In this document: in pieces, positions 1 to 7,223 of the stretch
Numbering within the stretch: position 1 is the stretch's first letter
Layout of the letters: each line of letters begins with the position of its first letter
Virus record (IMG/VR): IMGVR_UViG_3300020042_004234
Span: 1-42,945 of that record
Length of the DNA stretch: 42,945 bases
DNA from: a virus
Taxonomy: Duplodnaviria > Caudoviricetes
Reading direction: 5' to 3' (one strand)
The notes under the pieces: generated by a model
Database searches by the model: none
What the model was told of the DNA's origin: nothing
Seen by the model: only the letters and a program-made list of their open reading frames with translations
Translations under genes and position numbers: made by a program

Positions 1-1
1 T

Positions 2-151
2 ATTCATATTAGCCATTTGTTCTGCACCAGTCGTACCTTTAGAAGTCAATCCCTTGGCAGAAATAGCCTTGCCTTTCATGGTATGGGGAGGAGCATAGAC
101 TTTAGCGTCTCCAACTTCTTTGCCCATTACTTTCTTTGAATAGTTAGCCAT
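2..151 (-). CDS. small Lys-rich phage protein, runs off left edge (MANYSKKVMGKEVGDAKVYAPPHTMKG...)
   Basis: ATG at 151 overlaps the TAA of the upstream ORF; frame open to the window edge; translated by hand. Confidence 0.7.
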   Translation of the reverse strand, partial: MANYSKKVMGKEVGDAKVYAPPHTMKGKAISAKGLTSKGTTGAEQMANMN

Positions 152-360
152 TATCGACCTCTCCCTGCGCTTTTACGCATCATGCCTTGGTTCTTGACTT
201 TGGCTAAATTACGCCCCATTTTCTTCATGTCCATTTGGCTTTTGCCACCCATCTTTGGCTTTGCCTTCATGCCCAAGACTGTAGGACCACTATCGCCTAA
301 ATTTGTACCTTCGGTCTTACCTTTTTTGGCTACTCCGTCTGCTGTTGATGTATAACCCAT
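151..360 (-). CDS. small basic Lys/Gly/Met-rich protein (putative virion core peptide)
   Basis: AGGAG RBS; contains ADGVAKKGKT motif shared with neighbouring ORFs. Confidence 0.75.
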   Translation of the reverse strand: MGYTSTADGVAKKGKTEGTNLGDSGPTVLGMKAKPKMGGKSQMDMKKMGRNLAKVKNQGMMRKSAGRGR

Positions 361-369
361 TTTAAACTC

Positions 370-759
370 CTAAGTTGTTGATACTGTTATTGTACCAAGT
401 TGCCCTATTGCCACCAAATAGTTTGGGGTTAAAACGGTATCAAACCCGCTTGCCCCGCCCACTGGTGCCCACCCCCACTGAAATACCCTACTACCGCCAG
501 ACACATTCCCTAAAACATCTGTCCCTGAGACCAGATAACTAACGTCAGGTCTTGGTTCCCGAACTGCCTGCGGGTCATTAACTGGATATAAACCCAGCGA
601 TAACTGTGGCTGATCTGGGTCCCAACAGCTAGGACACACCTTAATATTATAAAGCTTGGTCTTAACTACTTGTTTCTGTAATTCCTTAAGTTTATACCTC
701 TGACCACATCGGTCACACTCCGCAATCGAATTCTTGCCAGATGCATATTTAGATGGCAT
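370..759 (-). CDS. phage protein with CxxC...CxxC zinc-ribbon-like N-terminus
   Basis: CDRCG and CPSC motifs; coupled to upstream gene; late operon. Confidence 0.75.
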   Translation of the reverse strand: MPSKYASGKNSIAECDRCGQRYKLKELQKQVVKTKLYNIKVCPSCWDPDQPQLSLGLYPVNDPQAVREPRPDVSYLVSGTDVLGNVSGGSRVFQWGWAPVGGASGFDTVLTPNYLVAIGQLGTITVSTT

Positions 760-1700
760 TAATAAAACAACTGACGGGGTACAAACCTATCAGAAGCCTT
801 TTCTCTATCTTCTTGAGAAGCTAATAGCCATTGTTGTTCGTAGTCGGCTTTAAGACCTAGAACTCTGTCTGGCGTTACTTCTGGTTTCTTCATTGCAATA
901 TAGTATGCCAATCCAGCCACCATACAGGGAATAAAGCGGAATGGGATGTCTTGAATGTTTACACCGTTTCCAGCATCTTGCATGCGGCGCATGCGCCAGT
1001 AAACAAACGTATAGTCTCCACCAGCATTAGGGGCAGGCCAAACATTAATACATGGTAAGTTTTGTATTTTTACAGAAGCACCAGTGGCGTGGGTAGCTGC
1101 GGTAGTTCCGTTTTGTCCTCTTACGCAGTTTATTAGTTGGTTGTCGGTTACGTTGGTATACCCGATAGTTTCCGAATCAATTAAAACAAACCCAGTTGAA
1201 GGTAAGTTTGCTGTAGATCCTACGTAAATTGTAGTGTCTGTAGTAGATACGCTTGGTGTGTTTCCGCTTACCGCTACCGTTGTAGACGCCGCTGAGTTTG
1301 TGTTTGCAGTCTGGCGGTTAATCCAAACTTGAATTGGTCGGCCGTTTGCTAGCTTATTAGGTATGGTTGAGTAAGTAGACTCAGAGATACGGGAAATATT
1401 AATATCTGACTGTGTGCTAGCAGTGCCGTTGTTTTGGCGAATGACGTGGTCTAAAAGGTCGATTGTGTCTTCTGGTATGGGATATACTGCCTGCCCTGTA
1501 ACCATTGGAATTACGCCTTCTTCAATAGTCCATAAGTTAATACCACGGTTTGCCCACTCAATAGTAAGCAAGTTTAAAGACCGGCGGGCCGTACGAAAGT
1601 CATAGCCAGAACGCAACTGTAACCCAGAGCGCTCGTATGCTTCCTCTATTAGATCGTTAAGATCTAAATTAAATGTAGTAAGGCCGGTTGTATTTGCCAT
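759..1700 (-). CDS. putative head-tail adaptor/connector protein with inserted beta-rich domain
   Basis: N-terminal DLIEEAYERSG..SLNLLTIEWANRG and C-terminal P.RF.PC.VAGLAYY resemble podovirus adaptor helices; position in structural operon. Confidence 0.55.
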   Translation of the reverse strand: MANTTGLTTFNLDLNDLIEEAYERSGLQLRSGYDFRTARRSLNLLTIEWANRGINLWTIEEGVIPMVTGQAVYPIPEDTIDLLDHVIRQNNGTASTQSDINISRISESTYSTIPNKLANGRPIQVWINRQTANTNSAASTTVAVSGNTPSVSTTDTTIYVGSTANLPSTGFVLIDSETIGYTNVTDNQLINCVRGQNGTTAATHATGASVKIQNLPCINVWPAPNAGGDYTFVYWRMRRMQDAGNGVNIQDIPFRFIPCMVAGLAYYIAMKKPEVTPDRVLGLKADYEQQWLLASQEDREKASDRFVPRQLFY

Positions 1701-1702
1701 AG

Positions 1703-1906
1703 TTATTTATTCTTAAGCACTTCAATTTCTCTGTGAAGCTTTTCTATCAGTTCGTCTCGTTCGTCTAGTTTTTTCATAAGACTTACACTAGTTTCAGCCC
1801 ACATCGACATATCTTTAATTCGTTCTTTATGGTCATCAAGCATCATTTGATATAAACGCTCAGACGCCTCTACTTGTAGTTGAATAAAGTCTTTTGTATC
1901 AGCCAC
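1703..1906 (-). CDS. hypothetical coiled-coil protein
   Basis: 67 aa ORF tightly packed in operon; heptad pattern. Confidence 0.6.
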   Translation of the reverse strand: MADTKDFIQLQVEASERLYQMMLDDHKERIKDMSMWAETSVSLMKKLDERDELIEKLHREIEVLKNK

Positions 1907-1909
1907 TAT

Positions 1910-2257
1910 TTACACCTTTCGATATGGTTTTACTTTTGCTTTTACCTTTTTTGGCTGTGGCACGAACTGTTGTCCCTGTGCTTTTCCTTGCCGTTTTGCT
2001 CGTGTTGTTGCTGCGTACTCGCTTGGGCTTAACGCTTGTATTGCTTTCTTGGGCAGGTATCGTTCCCCCGTCTCGGATGACTTCTTCCCTGACTTGGTTG
2101 TCCACTCTTGGTCGCCCCAAGCTTTTAAGGAACGTTGTGATGCGGCTAAACCACCCCCTGCCATTTTCTTCTTTTTGCTGGCGCAATGGGCTTTCTCCGA
2201 GAACCCCTTTGGGCTGTCGCAGTTGATTGACTTTTTGCGTTTGTCTGACCATTTCAC
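1910..2257 (-). CDS. basic two-module protein (C-terminal part DUF5872-like) joined by MAGGG
   Basis: SQRSLKAWGDQEWTTKSG..GERYLPKKA motif recognised from phage proteins; ATGA coupling. Confidence 0.75.
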   Translation of the reverse strand: MKWSDKRKKSINCDSPKGFSEKAHCASKKKKMAGGGLAASQRSLKAWGDQEWTTKSGKKSSETGERYLPKKAIQALSPSEYAATTRAKRQGKAQGQQFVPQPKKVKAKVKPYRKV

Positions 2258-2784
2258 TTATAGCCCCCGCCTTTTTCTTTATAGCGTTTAGCTAAGAGTT
2301 GTGCCTTCCTAGCAGACCATTGACCCGCCGCCGTACCATGAGTAGCCGATGCTTTAATACTGTTAAATAAAGATTTGCGCATACCAGGTTTCGTATAGTT
2401 ACCAGCTTTATTAACACTAGAAGTTTTGCCGCCTTCTGCATACATATCCGCCGCAGTTAAAGAACCAGGTTTTTGTAAAAGTTTTTTTGCTATTGCCGAA
2501 CCAGCTCCGGCTTTGCCACCCTTACCAACCTTACCACCTTTGGCGTATGAAGCTGTTTTAGCAGCACTGGCAAAGTCACTCTTCTTAGGAGCACCTTTAG
2601 CGCCAGCACTACGCATCTTCTCGCCTGACCCAGAAGCTATACGTTTTTTCTTTGCAGCGATATTGGCATAAAGTCCACCACCCGCAAACATTTCCACATC
2701 TTCTGGATTGTCCTTACGCTTGATCGTTTTCTTTCCAGGCATCTTAGATGGGTTAATGTCCCCCATTCCACGGCTAGATCTCAT
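2254..2784 (-). CDS. basic multi-module protein with FAGGG/YAKGG/YAEGG linkers
   Basis: GLYANI..K.KRI..GSGEKMR and NYTKP.MRK..GQWSARKAQ modules; ATGA coupling. Confidence 0.8.
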   Translation of the reverse strand: MRSSRGMGDINPSKMPGKKTIKRKDNPEDVEMFAGGGLYANIAAKKKRIASGSGEKMRSAGAKGAPKKSDFASAAKTASYAKGGKVGKGGKAGAGSAIAKKLLQKPGSLTAADMYAEGGKTSSVNKAGNYTKPGMRKSLFNSIKASATHGTAAGQWSARKAQLLAKRYKEKGGGYK

Positions 2785-3251
2785 ATGCGTGTCTTTCCTC
2801 TAATGGCAATACCGTCGGCCCGTTTAGATGCTGAGGATACTTTCCCACCAGTTCTAAGATTATCAGGTGCATCGTCGCCCCTTTTGCTACCACCTGTATG
2901 TTTATCAAGAACTGCTTGAAAGCCTTTGGCGCCAGGTTTTTTAGAATCTTTATCTACTGCGTTAGGGTTCTGCTTAGCAGGTGTTGCTGGGATGGAAGGG
3001 GTGGGGTTAACTTTATTAAGTCCGCCTTTATTAAAGCCAGCTTGATTATAAGCCTCGCCCTCACGAGCGGCAGCAGGTACAGACTCCCGCATAGCTTTTC
3101 CAGCTCGGATCTGATCCCGAGCGTCTTTTGCCATAGTCGGCATAAGCCTTGAAAACATATCTTTCTCGGCTTCGATGCCTTCTACTGTTTTCTTGCGAGC
3201 GCCTTCAAGCTTTTTCGCTTCTTTTTCAGTAGGTTGTCTGTAGTTTGGCAT
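2781..3251 (-). CDS. basic low-complexity protein ending in ADGIAIRGKTRI
   Basis: operon-coupled ORF; shared C-terminal motif. Confidence 0.75.
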   Translation of the reverse strand: MPNYRQPTEKEAKKLEGARKKTVEGIEAEKDMFSRLMPTMAKDARDQIRAGKAMRESVPAAAREGEAYNQAGFNKGGLNKVNPTPSIPATPAKQNPNAVDKDSKKPGAKGFQAVLDKHTGGSKRGDDAPDNLRTGGKVSSASKRADGIAIRGKTRI

Positions 3252-3253
3252 AG

Positions 3254-3880
3254 TTATACCATCCGGCCTTTTGTCTTACCACGGACAGCGCAGCCATCAG
3301 CACGAGAAGAAGCTGAAGACTTAACTGAGCCGCCTTTTTTATAGGAAGTAATGCCGGCTTTCTCACGTAGATTTTTGGCAATTTTACCAAAACTAAATGT
3401 ACCTGGTTCTATTTTAGTCTTTGGCTTTTCTGTGCTTTCTTTTTTGTACGATCCGGGCATCTCTGGAGCTTTTTTAAGAGACTCTCTAAAATCTTGAACA
3501 GTAGTTCTTTTGGTTGGACCCATTTCAGATTTTGCCTCTGCCTTTGCAGCAGGTTTTGTTTCAGCCTTTGGAGCAGATTTTGTTTCAGCCTTTGCAGCAG
3601 GTTTTGTTTCAGCCTTTGGTGTAGGGGCTTCTGTGCTGTATAGGTCACCAGTCTCGGTATTGCGACGGATCTTAGAAGTAGCGCCAGTCTCATCACGTAG
3701 TTCACCGGTATCCGCTTTAGTATCTACCTTAGCAGCTTTTGGCGCATCAGGAGCAGCTTTACGCATACGAGCCAAAATGTATGGGTCTGTACGGTCTGCA
3801 CCACCTAAGAACTTTAATTGCTCAGGCGTAAAATTTTCATCCGCAGTTCCACCGTCTTGAAATTTTTTCATCTTTTTCAT
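3254..3880 (-). CDS. Lys/Ala/Pro-rich protein with internal repeats, ending in ADGCAVRGKTKGRMV
   Basis: operon-coupled ORF; shared C-terminal motif; PKAETKPAAKAETK repeats. Confidence 0.75.
   Translation of the reverse strand: MKKMKKFQDGGTADENFTPEQLKFLGGADRTDPYILARMRKAAPDAPKAAKVDTKADTGELRDETGATSKIRRNTETGDLYSTEAPTPKAETKPAAKAETKSAPKAETKPAAKAEAKSEMGPTKRTTVQDFRESLKKAPEMPGSYKKESTEKPKTKIEPGTFSFGKIAKNLREKAGITSYKKGGSVKSSASSRADGCAVRGKTKGRMV
3540..3619. repeat. in-frame tandem repeat, 24-bp unit, about 3.3 copies
   Basis: gcctttgcagcaggttttgtttca / gcctttggagcagattttgtttca / gcctttgcagcaggttttgtttca / gcctttgg. Confidence 0.9.
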
Positions 3881-3881
3881 A

Positions 3882-4301
3882 TTAGCAAGCCTTTCCGCCT
3901 CTATTCATTTTAATCATTTTGCCTTTGGTTTTACCCTTGGCCTCTACGCCACCACCTTTAGCCATTCCATGCAAACGCTTCTCATGGCCTTTCACAGCTT
4001 TAGCTGCTACCTTCTTCATCATAGGTTTGTCTTTAGCTATATCTGAGTGCGCTTTACCGCCCTCTTTCATAAAACCCATTTTATTGCGTACAGCTGTAGG
4101 TAACTTAGCCATACCTGGATTTTTCTTCATGTCTACTGGTTTCATTTTTTTCATGGTTCCACCTTCTTTAAATGTTTTGCCTTTGTCGGCAGTTAAAAAT
4201 TCCTTCCCAACAGAAGAAGGCACTCCTGATTTTTTGGCAAACTTTGGGTTATTAGCCACAGCCGCCATGAAATTATGTTGCTTCTTACTTACGCTTGGCA
4301 C
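3882..4301 (-). CDS. basic Lys/Met/Gly-rich protein with four xxGG linkers (likely GTG start, MPSVSKKQHNFM)
   Basis: FKEGG, MKEGG, MAKGG, MNRGG; GTG start at 4301 inferred (ORF track extends to 4334). Confidence 0.75.
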   Translation of the reverse strand: MPSVSKKQHNFMAAVANNPKFAKKSGVPSSVGKEFLTADKGKTFKEGGTMKKMKPVDMKKNPGMAKLPTAVRNKMGFMKEGGKAHSDIAKDKPMMKKVAAKAVKGHEKRLHGMAKGGGVEAKGKTKGKMIKMNRGGKAC

Positions 4302-4470
4302 GGCTAACCCATCCTTGAACTGTCTTGGTTTCATAGATACGAATTACTGTCCAAACAATTGTAAATAAAGCTGCTACTGCAGGCAATAAATCTGTTAGTG
4401 TACCTATCACTGTAACTAAAGATAGCCCATCTACAACGTGTTTAGTGCCTTCGGTTAAATGCTCTTTCAT
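4285..4470 (-). CDS. small membrane protein, putative holin
   Basis: hydrophobic core LSLVTVIGTLTDLLPAVAALFTIVWTVI with basic C-terminus; AAGGTG RBS. Confidence 0.5.
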   Translation of the reverse strand: MKEHLTEGTKHVVDGLSLVTVIGTLTDLLPAVAALFTIVWTVIRIYETKTVQGWVSRAKRK

Positions 4471-4766
4471 ATCACCTTCTTTTTAGCTTTGCTTTTAATT
4501 GCTCCGCCTTCTTTGCAGTTCCAAGCCCGTAAAGACTTATTGATGCGTGAATCTGGGTCGTTAGCGGTTTTAGCGCTGGTTAGTTTCTTTTTCATACCTG
4601 ACATCCTTGCACAGAACGATTTTTTTCTTGAACCGCCTTCTGGTTGTGGTCGTTTTAATCCAGGTTTACCAGGATTGGCTGCGTTATACGAAGCTCTACC
4701 CTTGGCGTTTAAACCGCCTTCAGGGTTTTTGCCCTCTTTGCGTTGCCACGCAGGAGTCTTAGCCAT
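4467..4766 (-). CDS. conserved basic phage protein (DUF6321-like) with C-terminal CKEGG extension
   Basis: AWQRKEGKNPEGGLN.KGRASY..RKKSFCARM..DP.SR..SLRAWNC motif. Confidence 0.75.
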   Translation of the reverse strand: MAKTPAWQRKEGKNPEGGLNAKGRASYNAANPGKPGLKRPQPEGGSRKKSFCARMSGMKKKLTSAKTANDPDSRINKSLRAWNCKEGGAIKSKAKKKVI

Positions 4767-5271
4767 AGTAAATCTGCGCTGAATCTATGGCACTCATATA
4801 CGCATAAATCCCATTAGCTGCTAATACACCCTCGCCAGGAATAAGCGGAGCGTTTTGGAACTCATCTGTTGAGTGTGTTTCATAAGTCATTAACCAACGA
4901 TTAACCCCGCTAACATATATAGCCGCAGTACTTGTGATTGTGCGTGAGTTAATGTCAGTCAAAGTAAACGAATTTGCATCTACTCTAGTAATAGAATAAT
5001 TGCCGTCCGTTGCGGATACGCCTGTATTTGAGTCAAAGTGGATGCCAACCACATCACCTGTAACTAGACCATGAGATGTTTTACTTACGGTTACGGTTGT
5101 ACCGCTTTGTGCATAAGTAACACTAGAAGATACAGGAGCAGAAGTCGTGTCAAATAACACTAAAGTTCCACCGCCACCAAAGAAAGAAACAGCCTTGACA
5201 CGGTTGCGTCCAAGAACAAAGAAACCACTTTCGTTTAAGTGTCCTTGTTTTACGTCATATTGCATACCCAT
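4759..5271 (-). CDS. putative minor virion protein with inserted beta-domain
   Basis: Ser/Thr/Gly-rich beta pattern (TVTVSKTSHGLVTGD..GNYSITRVDANSFT); AGGAG RBS. Confidence 0.6.
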   Translation of the reverse strand: MGMQYDVKQGHLNESGFFVLGRNRVKAVSFFGGGGTLVLFDTTSAPVSSSVTYAQSGTTVTVSKTSHGLVTGDVVGIHFDSNTGVSATDGNYSITRVDANSFTLTDINSRTITSTAAIYVSGVNRWLMTYETHSTDEFQNAPLIPGEGVLAANGIYAYMSAIDSAQIYYG

Positions 5272-5296
5272 AATTAATCTCCTAAGATGTTGAGTA

Positions 5297-5316
5297 GACT
5301 AGGGTTTTCCCTAGTC
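5297..5316. other. intergenic hairpin GACTAGGG-4nt-CCCTAGTC
   Basis: perfect 8-bp stem between two late genes; no U-tract. Confidence 0.5.
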
Positions 5317-5327
5317 CGCCAGATTAA

Positions 5328-5867
5328 TTAAGAAGTAGCAAACGGAGTAGCAACAGTACCAGAACCTAGCACTGTGCCTGTAACCATATACTTTAATGCA
5401 GCAATTGCGTAGATCTGTACAAATGTACCTGCAACACCGCCAGTAGTTGTGCCGTTAAAGTTAATAAAGTCATCACTTGCGCCAGCTACAAAACCTACGG
5501 CAGCACCAGAAGTGTCAGTGTCGATTGACAATACAGAACCTACATACTTATCTGTGCCATCAGTACCAATCTTCAAGGAAGAAGTAGAGATTGTGGTTGG
5601 AACCCAGATTGTGTACACAACGCCTTCATTATTGGCTGTGCTTGGGTCTTGACCAGGACCAGATGTGATTGGATTGGCTGAGGCGTTAATGGTTGGTAGG
5701 GTTAGGGTTAAGGCAGCCGCTAAAGAACCACCAATGGAAATAATACGTCCGCCGTGAGCCTCTGGGTTTAAGGTGGTGCTGGTTGTAATTTCAACAATAG
5801 TAGCTGGACCTTGTTGATAAATGCCGCCCAATGAACGAATTGGACCTTGGAATGTGGATCGTGCCAT
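5328..5867 (-). CDS. putative capsid decoration/fibre protein
   Basis: MARSTFQGPIRS start; Thr/Gly/Ala-rich; downstream of capsid gene; GGAG RBS. Confidence 0.55.
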   Translation of the reverse strand: MARSTFQGPIRSLGGIYQQGPATIVEITTSTTLNPEAHGGRIISIGGSLAAALTLTLPTINASANPITSGPGQDPSTANNEGVVYTIWVPTTISTSSLKIGTDGTDKYVGSVLSIDTDTSGAAVGFVAGASDDFINFNGTTTGGVAGTFVQIYAIAALKYMVTGTVLGSGTVATPFATS

Positions 5868-5874
5868 GTTAATT

Positions 5875-5945
5875 CTCCATACAAAGTAAGCCTATTAATC
5901 GTGTATGCGTCTGCTGGGACAGTTTAATAAGCTGGTTTCCCAGTT
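5875..5945 (-). ncRNA. putative cis-regulatory structured leader (double pseudoknot) abutting RBS
   Basis: complementary segments 5938-5943/5914-5919, 5924-5933/5889-5898 and 5902-5907/5878-5883. Confidence 0.5.
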
Positions 5946-6013
5946 TCCACTATATTACTACATTTTTAACAATGTGTAGCACTTTTTTGGTTAGAATGTA
6001 AAAAAAGGAAATT

Positions 6014-6160
6014 ATGAGTTCTTGGCTAATTATTCTTACTGGGCTAATTTACATATACATAGCTGCGGAACAATGCTTTAAAGGAAACATAGGCATGGCA
6101 ATTTGTTATGCGGGGTATGCTTTTGGAAACGTTGGTCTATATATAATGGCTACTAAATGA
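6014..6160 (+). CDS. 48-aa membrane protein (MSSWLIILTGLIYIYIAAEQ...)
   Basis: AAGGA RBS; two hydrophobic segments; hand-translated; ATGA coupling to next ORF. Confidence 0.7.
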   Translation: MSSWLIILTGLIYIYIAAEQCFKGNIGMAICYAGYAFGNVGLYIMATK

Positions 6161-6312
6161 TTGAGTCTTTAGTTAAACCCACCCCACTAGATAACGATGT
6201 TGCTGTTATAAAAATACTGCAGTTGATGGGTCAGTTAAGCCCTAAAGATATTGGGCACGTTTTAGCCATAGCAAATCAAGTATATAAAGTTGTTGCCAAA
6301 GAAACCGCATGA
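6157..6312 (+). CDS. 51-aa hypothetical protein
   Basis: ATGA overlaps at both ends; hand-translated. Confidence 0.6.
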   Translation: MIESLVKPTPLDNDVAVIKILQLMGQLSPKDIGHVLAIANQVYKVVAKETA

Positions 6313-6440
6313 GTTTTACGATATACCAAGCAAACGGTATGAAGGTTATTCAATGGTTTAGTACGATTGATAGCCTGATTCAAAGTATGATTAAAAACCC
6401 TAAAGATAGGTACCACAGAAATGACGACAATCGTTGGTGA
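6309..6440 (+). CDS. 43-aa hypothetical protein
   Basis: ATGA coupling; hand-translated. Confidence 0.5.
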   Translation: MSFTIYQANGMKVIQWFSTIDSLIQSMIKNPKDRYHRNDDNRW

Positions 6441-6852
6441 CTGGGGCAAGAAAATTCTTGTAGCGGATAGTCAGTTTACTGACACCGATTCGGGCATTAA
6501 ATATTTTGAAGACAAGATATTTCCGATAGAAGGTGGGTGGATGGGCATAGCAGGTAACTACTGTGATGCCGAAAAGGTTTTAGACTACCTAAGCAAAAAG
6601 AACAAAACAAAACCTAAACTTAAATCCAACAGTTCTTTTATCAAGCTAACTAAAGACGGGCTGTTTTCCTGCGGGGACGATTTAGAGTGGGAACGGGTGC
6701 GAACTTTTATGGCTATTGGCTCTGGGGCTATGGCGGCTGAAGTCTGTATGCGTATGGGTTTAACGGCAGAAGAGGCCGTTAAGTGGGCTTGTAACGTAGA
6801 CATTAATAGTAGCGAGCCAGTCAAAACTTATAAGCTAGACGATGCCCTATAA
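6421..6852 (+). CDS. Ntn-hydrolase, proteasome beta-subunit/HslV-like threonine peptidase
   Basis: N-terminal M-T-T-I, ADSQ, conserved K (DKIF), GIAG, AIGSG, late A...D..S. Confidence 0.8.
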   Translation: MTTIVGDWGKKILVADSQFTDTDSGIKYFEDKIFPIEGGWMGIAGNYCDAEKVLDYLSKKNKTKPKLKSNSSFIKLTKDGLFSCGDDLEWERVRTFMAIGSGAMAAEVCMRMGLTAEEAVKWACNVDINSSEPVKTYKLDDAL

Positions 6853-7195
6853 AGACCCAAAAGTTAAAAAGGCGTATAACAAAATTCAAAGCCGTAAGCA
6901 TTACGAGGCAAACCGAAAAGCGCTAATACAAAAAGCAGCCGATAAAAAGAAAATATTTAAAACAGAGTGGAAAAAATATAAAGCTACTCTAGCCTGTACC
7001 AAATGCGGGTTTGCCCATTCAGCAGCATTAGACTTTCACCATGAAGACCCAACAAAAAAAGAAGCAAACATCCATCGTTTGTTGTCAAATGGGCAATACG
7101 TCAAACTACAAAAAGAATTAAAAAAGTGTATCGTATTGTGTGCAAACTGCCATCGAATACACCATTGGCAAGAAAAGAAAAACCCCGCTTTATGA
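6842..7195 (+). CDS. HNH endonuclease with Zn-binding cysteines
   Basis: CTKCG..LDFHH.DP..KCIVLCANCHRIHH. Confidence 0.85.
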   Translation: MPYKDPKVKKAYNKIQSRKHYEANRKALIQKAADKKKIFKTEWKKYKATLACTKCGFAHSAALDFHHEDPTKKEANIHRLLSNGQYVKLQKELKKCIVLCANCHRIHHWQEKKNPAL

Positions 7196-7202
7196 GCGGG
7201 GT
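7172..7202 (-). terminator. intrinsic terminator after major capsid gene
   Basis: ACCCCGCT-5nt-AGCGGGGT stem followed by U-rich tract on the minus strand. Confidence 0.75.
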
Positions 7203-7223
7203 CAAAACACTATAGTGTGTTTA

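Noticed and set aside
1899-2252. 117-aa alternative-frame ORF overlapping 1910-2257
   Set aside because: The other frame has recognisable conserved motifs and start/stop coupling; no independent support for overprinting
151-3960. GxxxxGKT proteins as real NTPases
   Set aside because: Too short and low-complexity; no preceding beta-strand or Walker B
151-4766. GG motifs as a ubiquitin-like conjugation system or bacteriocin leaders
   Set aside because: No beta-grasp protein, E1/E2/JAB enzyme or C39 ABC transporter in the window; motifs are internal and in low-complexity basic sequence
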